DNA of 64,000 nt from Podarcis cretensis. Lineage: Eukaryota. Position 1 is the first letter of the stretch; each line of letters starts with the position of its first letter. The notes beneath the pieces are model-generated. The model did not search any database, had not been told where the DNA came from, and was given only the letters and a program-made list of their open reading frames with translations. Shown piece after piece: positions 56,341 through 64,000 of the stretch. Position numbers and translations under genes: made by a program. Where the stretch lies: contig OX638150.1 of the NCBI GenBank assembly GCA_951804945.1, forward strand, positions 33,356,001 through 33,420,000, written 5' to 3'.

Positions 56341-58230
56341 AAAGGTGTGCGCGGGGGTGTCCGTGTGCGCGAACACGCGCGCGCGCCTACACACACCTTG
56401 AAGAAATCCTGGGGAGTTCGGAGGCGGCAGCTGCTCTCTGGCAGAGGCCCGATCCAACCCATCCAAAGGCGCGCGACCTGCAGGGCGCTGGAGCATGCAG
56501 GTGGCGAGAGAGGGGAGGGGGAGGGGGGGAGAGACAGGGGGGTGCAGAGCACAGACTGGGTAACCTCCTCCTCCTCCTCCTCCTGCATCGGGGTAAGGAA
56601 AAGGGGATCTCTCCCTCTCCCTCGCGCGCACAAAAACCAAAGGCACCCCCCGCTTTTAAGCCAGGTCTCCCTGCTCGCCACCCCACCCTTCTGCGGACCA
56701 GGAAACTTCAGCAGGCGGCGGCGGCGGCGGCGCAGTGCGAGGAGCCCAGCGGGGGCAGCAACTCGGCTTTGCCAAACTCGCGATGACAATCAAAGCGGGC
56801 TTCACTGCAGTCAGGAAAGCGCGCTCGGCGTCCAGAACTTTCCTCCTCCCCCCCCCCCCCCACTTCCTCCTCCTCCTCCTCCTCCGGGCTACCTTTTCGA
56901 GGCTGAGCCTCCTCTCTCTGCCGCCCCCCACCCAGCGCCATCCTCCCCACTGCAGAGGGGTCCGCACTGCCGCCCGTCGAGGAAAAGCGCAGGGCGACCA
57001 TTCACCCGGCTCGTCCTTTCCCGCTGGGCAGTCCTGAGGCGAGCGTCCTTACCTCAGGCGCCGCTGCTGCTGCTGTGCGCGTGTCCTTCTCTTCCTCCTC
57101 CTGCCGCCGCCGCCGCCAAGCTCTCCCTCAGCAGCGGTGTCCGCAGTCGGCTGGTGCTGCTGCGGCGGCTGCCATCCTCAACCCCCTTCAGGTGCCTTTC
57201 CCCTCAGACGACCGGATCAGGCAGGCGCTCTGCTCGGTGGTGCCTTCCAGCCTCCTCTCCCCGCCACCCTGTCCCTAAATCCATCCAGCGGGAAAGCGAA
57301 GCCGTCCCTCCATCCTGCTGCTCCTCCTCCTCCTCTCACCTTTGCGAGTCCACCCAGGAGAGGAACAGGAGCTTTGCCTCGCAGGGGCGCACGACGCAGC
57401 GGCGACGGCGCGCAATCAGCCTCGGCGTTTGTGTGTGTTTGCGCCTGGTCTTCCCTCAGCTGCAGAGCGAGTCTCTCGTCCTCCTCGCCAGCCCGGCGTT
57501 TAAAAGAGAGCAAGGCGGGGAGCCGGGATGGGGGGGGGGGGAGCAAAAAGTTGCTCGGCTTGCTGGGCAGGTCTGCTTCAGTTTCCACAGGACACCAGGC
57601 GCGCGCAAAGCAGGAGGGACTGAGCCAGGGAGCGAGGAGGCAGGCTCGCTGCTGCTGCTGCTGCTGCTGCCGCCACGCCGGCTCTGGTTAACCGCTTCAG
57701 GCCCGCGACGTCGACGACAGGCACTCTCCGAAGTCTTCTCGGCGACCCCGCTTGGAGGGAGACGCAGGAGAGAGACACAGAGAGAGAGAGGCAGGGATTA
57801 TGAAAGCAGAGAGGCAGTGACTCACTGGCTTAACCCCTTCGGGCGGCGGGCACCGCCAGGCAGGCGTGCCAAGGCGGCGACGGGCGATGTGGGAGAGAAG
57901 GGCCGAGGGAGGCAGAAGCGTTAACAAGCCCAGGACTAGGCTCGGTCCCTGCCGTCCCAGAGCTGGAGCGCTGCCACCGCCGGGCCCCCCGGGGCTTTGT
58001 TTGGTTTGCCTAGACAGCAAAACGGCGGCGTGACCCAAGGGCTGTCCTTTCGCCCGCTCCCCACCTCCCTTCAAAAAGATTTTGACAGCACCGACGACGT
58101 GTTTGTTCGCGGAGGGGGGGACACGACCCCCACCTTCACCCCCTCCCCAAAGAGTCACTGACAAGTAGTGAGTAGGAGGCGGGGATGACGGCTGTCATCC
58201 TCTTCCTCCTCATCGAGCTGCCGCCTCCAC
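56150..58230 (-). promoter_or_regulatory. EPN3: CpG island / promoter of EPN3
   Basis: About 2 kb of GC- and CpG-rich sequence with CCG/CTG/CCT microrepeats, upstream of the EPN3 ATG exon. Confidence 0.8.
57053..57475 (-). other. EPN3: Probable non-coding first exon of EPN3
   Basis: Strong donor GAG|GTAAGG at 57053/57052 inside a CpG island; TATA-like TTTTAAA near 57500. The TSS is inferred. Confidence 0.55.
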
Positions 58231-59754
58231 TCCACTCTTTGTACTATATGTTTGAATCAGCAACAGATTTGTTCGCCTCTTTTCTATCTGACAGTTCTGG
58301 TGTTCTCCGGGATAATAATAATAATAATAAAAACCCCTGAGAATCCTGCATTGTAGGGGGTTGGACTAGATGATCCTTGGGACCCCCTTCCAACTCTACC
58401 ATTCAAATGATTCTATGATTCTCCTTCTGGGATGGAGGGGGAGCAGAGAACAAGCCATTCATCCACCTGCTGTGGAGAACCGGGAGGGAGGAGGGTACTG
58501 GGTGTGCTGTGATGGGTGGGGGTTTGTGTCGACCTTCTCATCAAAGAAATTGGATCGATAATGATAATGATCACCTGCCCTTCACCAGCAGCTCCCACAA
58601 GTGCCCCTGAGGCCCTTCAGATGTTCCTTGGACGCCATCTCTCATCACATCCATATAGAAAGGCTAACAAGGAGGGATGAAGGGGGACTGGAGTCTGACA
58701 AATTTCCAGAGGGCCAAATATTCCCCTTCACTAACTCAGGCGGGGAGGACCATGCTTCCAACTTTTGCACCCGAGAAGTCCCAGGCTTAATCCCTGGCAC
58801 CTCACATTAAAAGGATCAGGGGACAGCAAACATCTAGAGAGAGCGGACGTAAAGACTCAGCAAGACCAATGCAAGGAAGGTGAGGCAGTCATCTCAGGGA
58901 ATTCGATTTGGAACACTTGGTGCCAGAGTTTCCTTAACAGCATACAAAGGCAAAAGCTTGTCCAGCACAATCCAGGTTGGGACCTCCCAAATGCCTTGAT
59001 CCAAGCAGAAGAACTGCTGGGAGTTTGAGTTTGGGCTTTCACCCAGATACTGCCTGAAGTGCAGCAAAGTCGGCAATTTAGCAGGTGGCTTGAGATATGG
59101 GATGCACACTTGGCACAGGACTTACAGGCGCAATAAGGGTTCCCCCTTGCCGATAGTGCCAGTCCCAGGCTTTAGATGAAACGGGGATTGGGGGCCTTTG
59201 CTATAGGAGAGGCATTTATTCTCTATAAGTGGCCCATTCACCCATGAATGTTTTCAGTACAGCAAAATGCAGTGCACAGCATCTCCTGCAAGCATTCAAA
59301 AGTTGGCATTTACTCATTGCATTTATATTCCACATTTCTCATCATGTTGATGTAGTCCAAAGTGGCAGTAGCCAACTAAGTTTCTAGATTTCCCAGATGG
59401 CCGCTCATTGCTAGTGGTCCCATGGGAATGACCAGAGACATGGCCTCAGCAGATCCTTGCACATTATCACAGGAGGGCTGGCCATGCTGCTTGGTGGGTA
59501 TGAGTTTAGGGCTTTTGCTTGAAGAACTACAAAACCAGCTTGATAGGGCATTTCCTTGCCAGGGCGGGGGAGAAGCACCATAGCTGAACAATTCCACTCC
59601 CAAGCTTCTGAAAAGCCCTTGTCTGTAAACAGGCTACTATAGCATTGATGGAGCTCTGCAGGCTCCAACAATCATAATCCAGGGCTCTGCAATGCATATA
59701 GAAGTAGCTGCCTGAAATCTGTTTTTATGAGGAAGAGGGAACTTGATGGTGAAT

Positions 59755-59798
<44 letters not shown>
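59755..59798. repeat. (AAC)n microsatellite
   Basis: Read directly from the sequence. Confidence 0.9.
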
Positions 59799-60468
59799 GT
59801 TGTTATGATCTACCCCTGGGTTCAATCATGTCGTTGTTAATGTATGAAGCCAGTCATAGCACTGGTCTGAAAACCTTGCCATACTGTGGATTGCCCTTAA
59901 TTACACCCCGAAATTTTCGACAGGGTTATACACAGCAGAGTACAGAGAAACGAGTAGTGCCAGCCAACTGTGGCAGAGTTAATTGTGCAGATTAGCCCTC
60001 ATGTCTATTTAAACAATTGGCAGCTTTATAAACAAAAGGAAACTGCTCTGGCACAGCATATATAAACAGGGTTTATTATTATTATTATCATTTCATTATG
60101 AAATCAGTAGTATTTAGACAAAAGGTGGCTTGTTCTTCTTTTCTAAGGGATCCTTCTTCAGCACTTCAAAGAGGGAAAGCATTCTGCTCACCATTGAATC
60201 CAGCAGTCCATAAACCTAAGAACAGGAGTCAAAAAAACTTTCAGGACAAAAATGTGGACAGCAAAGTCCCAGTAGAAAGGTACACATGAACAGACAGTCA
60301 AATATGCTTTTTCTCAGGTGGTTTTTTTGTGTTTGTAGGTATCCCATAACAAACATTCTCTTTGTGTGAGAGAGGCATTTTTCAGCCTTCAACAGAGAAA
60401 CCCTGTACAGTACATGTCTGTTCAGAAGTATGCCCCACTGAGTGCTCTGTGGGGCTTGCTCTCAGATA

Positions 60469-61883
60469 CCGTAATTTTCGCTCCAAAACACGCACTTTTT
60501 TGCTCCTAGAAAGTAAGGGAAAATGCCTGTGCGTGTTACGGAGCGAATGCACTCGACTGGAGCCATGGCTGCCGTCAGTCAAGCAAAGCGGGAGCCGCTT
60601 GCAGGGCTTCTGTCCCGCTTTGCGTGGCTCTAGCTTTGCTTGCTTTACAGCCAGGAGGAGGGGGAGGAAGGAGAGCCATGGCAGCAAAGTGGGCAGCAGC
60701 CGCTTACACGGGAGGAGGGATAGACGGGAGCCATAGTGAGCCAGAAAAAGCGCCGCGTAGCCAGCAACAGCTGCTGCAGCCTCAGCTAGCAAAGGTCCAT
60801 GTGCTCTCTAAATGGAGCAATGAGGCTGCAGAGGGACGGCAGGGCACAGGAAGGCTCTGAGCCACAAGCGCAGTGAAAACCAGTAAAAAGGTTATTTAGG
60901 GTTTTCTTGTTTTACAGTGTGAGTGTAATGCCTCGTATTTTTTTTTCCTCCATGTAACATTTTTACAAATCCGTTTCAAAAAAAAAAAAAAAAGGCTGCT
61001 GGGGACAGGAGGGCATGGGATGAGGGAGAGGGGGAAATTACGATTCTCCCAGCGTCTCAGCTGATCCGCTGAGCAGGACTTGGGTTGTAGGGGATTTGCC
61101 ATTAGCTGTGTAAAGCAGCAAAGAGGGAGAGAAGGAGCAAAGCGGGAGAGGAAAGGAGCTGCTTACACTGCTGTAAGTGGCTGCTGTCCGGTTGGCTCCT
61201 TTAAAGCAACAGTGCTCTTTCCCTCCCCCCTCCCCGCTCAGCTCCCCGAAAAGCTCCTTTTCCACACACCCCACACGAGCTCCTTCTCCCCTTAAACCCC
61301 TCTCCTGCATCATTAGCAGCATCCTTCTCCACACACCCCACATGTGTTCCTTCTCCCCATAGACCCCTCTCCTGCATCATTAGCAGCATCGATATCCACA
61401 CACCCCATGCGTGTTCCTTCTTCCCTTAAACCCCTCTCCTGCATTATTAGCAGCATCCTTCTCCACACACCCCACGCGTGCTCCTTGTCCCTTGAATGCT
61501 TTTCCTTCTCTCCCCACTTAAAACGTGGTTACAAAGCACGGATCCACATGGATCCTCAGGATTTTTGCACTGGGTCACCCCAAGTTCACCATCAGATCAC
61601 ATAGCATATCCATGGCTACGGCCTGCACCAAAACACACACACACACACACACACTGTTTCATGGGGCTGCAATGGCGCAAAAACGTGGTTACAAAGCATG
61701 GATCCTCAGGATTTTTGCATTGGGCTACCCCAAACTCACCGTCAGATCACGTCTGTGGCCACAGCATGAACCACAAAAATCATACATCCACTGTTTCGTT
61801 TAGAATATTTTTTTCTTGTTTTCCTCCTCTAAAAACTACGTGCGTGTTATGGTCAGGTGCGTGTTATAGAGCGAAAAATACGG
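60469..61883. mobile_element. 1.4-kb non-autonomous Tc1/mariner (pogo-like) DNA transposon with internal tandem repeats
   Basis: TA|CCGTAATTTTCGCTCCAAAACACGCAC ... GTGCGTGTTATAGAGCGAAAAATACGG|TA termini; no transposase motif; minisatellite of about 67-bp units at 61262-61495. Confidence 0.85.
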
Positions 61884-62052
61884 TACATGGGTCTAGGAAT
61901 GCAGCCTTAATGACCAACTGCAACTGAGGATAACCCTCTATATTACTGCTGCAGAATTCCATCATCAGTGACAAATTGGAGCAATCCCAACAGCTCCTAA
62001 AGCCTCTTTGTTCCATTAGTGTAATGGCTGAGGAAGCTACAAACATATAAAC

Positions 62053-62287
62053 CAGGGGTCAGCAAACTTTTTCAGCAGGGGGCTGGTCCACTGTCCCTCA
62101 GACCTTGTGGGGGGCCAGACTATATTTTGGGGGGAGTGTGTGAACGAATTCCTATGTCCCACAAATAACCCAGAGATGCATTTTAAATAAAAGGACACAT
62201 TCTACTCATGTAAAAACATGCTGATTCCTGGATTTAGAAGGCGATTGGGCCGGATCCGGCACCTGGGCCTTAGTTTGCCTACCCATG
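62053..62287. mobile_element. hAT (Charlie-like) MITE
   Basis: TIR CAGGGGTCAGCAAACT / AGTTTGCCTACCCATG; perfect 8-bp TSD ATATAAAC (62045-62052 and 62288-62295). Confidence 0.88.
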
Positions 62288-62929
62288 ATATAAACATATA
62301 CTATTTGGGGTACATGTAAAGCTGTAGTCCTAGCCTCACCAAACTTGGGAATAAGGCCCACTGAATTCAACAGGACTTCGGAGTAGATATTAGGACTGTG
62401 CTGTAACCTGCTGCCCATCTTTCTTTTCAGTAGGCTGAGGAAAGGCTGAAACCTTGCCTCACACAGGTGCAAAAGAGGACTGTGCATTTAGAGGCAAGGG
62501 GGGAATTGTCATGTCAACAGGTTAAGTGCTTCATAAAATTTTGGGAAGAACTCTCTGTCCCACGTTTTCTCTCTCATGTTTGACCTGCTCAGGTGAAGAA
62601 GATGCAACCCCATATATTCTTTTGGCTAGTGGAAGTTGAAGGCAGGTTATCATGCCTGCTGGCTGTCCTGGGAGATCCTGGAATGGCCCTCAGGTGCTGG
62701 TCTAGCCTGCCCTCCTAAGCTAAGATCAAGGGTGAGAAGTGGCAGGAATTAGATGGCCATGAAATGCCCACTTGCCCACTGCATACTCAAGTGTGGCTCA
62801 GTAGACATGGATAGGATTTTAGGAACAGAGGAAGCTGCCTTATCAGATCATTAGCCTATCTAGCTCAGTTCTGTCTAAACCAACCGGCAGCAGCTCTCCA
62901 GGATGTCAGGCAGGAGTCTCTCAAGCTCT

Positions 62930-63063
62930 TGCAGCCAATCAGAACCCGCAGATGTTTGGGTTCCAAAGAACGTTTGCAAACCGGAACACTTACTTCCAGG
63001 TTTGCAGCGTTCAGGAGCCAAAACATCCGAGTTCCAGAGCGTTCGGGATCCAAGGTATGACTG
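62930..63063. mobile_element. One end of a Tigger-like MITE
   Basis: Ends ...CCAAGGTATGACTG|TA; the other end is missing. Confidence 0.55.
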
Positions 63064-63696
63064 TATTTTTATTATTAAATTTCTATACCACCCTTCATTT
63101 AGAATATAAGAAAAAACAAAAAACAATTGCCCCCCAGTTTAAAAGGCCATAGATTGTATTAAAATGTTATGGTTCTGGCTGAGTTTATTCCAGAATAGCA
63201 GCCCTACCCAAATTTCTTTGCTGCCTGGCCCTATGCTGTTAGGAGACAAAAAGTGTAATTATTCCATCGGTCTATCAAGTCTCAAGTCTGCCTGAGTACT
63301 GAGAAGAAGTCAGTGGGGAGAACTGATTCGTATTTCAGGACTGCTGGAGACGCTATTTCTCCCTAATGCCTGGCCTCTGTGTTATCAAAGAAGATAACTC
63401 TGCTAGATCAGCTTGAGGAAGCAAATGAAAAAGTCACTCTGAACTTGCGGAGAAGGTACCCGTTTCAAAAGCAATGCATGCATGAAGGACCCATTATAGA
63501 GAAGTTTTAACTTTCATCTCAGGAGCCCAGATTAAACAGTTGCCTGTCTGTCACAAATGCACAGCAAGTTCTAAGCCTGACATCAATTGCCGTATGTTGA
63601 AAAGATGGCACAAAATGAAAAGGCAACTGGGAGACGATGGCAAGCAGCCTCATCCTAGGCACATTTGTTCAGAAGCAAGGCCCACTAGTTTCAACA

Positions 63697-64000
63697 GTAA
63701 AGGGACCCCTGACCATTAAGTCCAGTCGTGGACGACTCTGGGGTTGCGGTGCTCATATCACTTTACTGGCTGAGGGAGCCGACGTTTGTCCGCAGACAGT
63801 TTTTCCGGGTCCTGTGGCCAGCATGACTAAGCCACTTCTGGTGAACCAGAGCAGCAAACGGAAACACCGTTTACCTTCTGCTGGAGTGGTACCTATTTAT
63901 CTACTTGCACTTTGATGTGTTTTCAAACTGCTAAGTTGGCAGGAGCTGGGACCGAGCATCGGGAGCTAACCACGTTGCGGGGATTTGAACCACCAACCTT
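63697..64000 (-). mobile_element. Sauria SINE, cut by the window end
   Basis: Reverse complement of the SINE body seen at 5323 and 7504. Confidence 0.88.

Noticed and set aside
56098-57924. 608-aa plus-strand ORF
   Set aside because: Starts at a non-ATG codon, is built from (GA)n, (CCT)n and (CTG)n runs in a stop-poor CpG island, has no recognisable domain, and is antisense to the EPN3 promoter and leader.
61262-61495. Regularly spaced repeats superficially like a CRISPR array
   Set aside because: Eukaryotic DNA; the units are contiguous tandem copies with no unique spacers, inside a DNA transposon.
58250-64000. Exons of a third gene upstream of EPN3
   Set aside because: No ORF or exon with recognisable protein similarity; the region is mostly repeats and unique non-coding DNA.

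Overview
Vertebrate genomic DNA. The repeat content (Sauria/Squam-type SINEs, L2, L1, hAT and Tc1/mariner MITEs) points to a squamate, probably a lacertid lizard. Two protein-coding genes lie in tandem on the minus strand. EPN3 (epsin-3) is complete: 9 coding exons at 23473-46970 (about 644 aa), a probable non-coding first exon in a CpG island near 57 kb, and a long 3' UTR. The 5' part of SPATA20 follows: 6 coding exons at 241-15687, a CpG-island promoter near 15.7 kb, and the gene continues off the left edge. This is the same order as in human. SPATA20 intron 1 holds a young, full-length Mag-type Ty3/Gypsy LTR retrotransposon (9850-14760) in antisense orientation. Its 349-bp LTRs differ at 2 sites; it has a tRNA-Ser PBS, a 4-bp TSD, and a gag-pol frame broken only by an apparent 1-bp deletion just after the ATG. 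Other notable structure: a perfect 102-bp inverted duplication in SPATA20 intron 2; a solo LTR with a decayed acidic reading frame and a nested L1 3' end; an internally deleted L2 inside an old SINE; and a 1.4-kb non-autonomous Tc1/pogo-type element with internal minisatellites upstream of EPN3. I see no evidence of a wholly new gene system. The most interesting signals are transposon-gene interactions and structural oddities.
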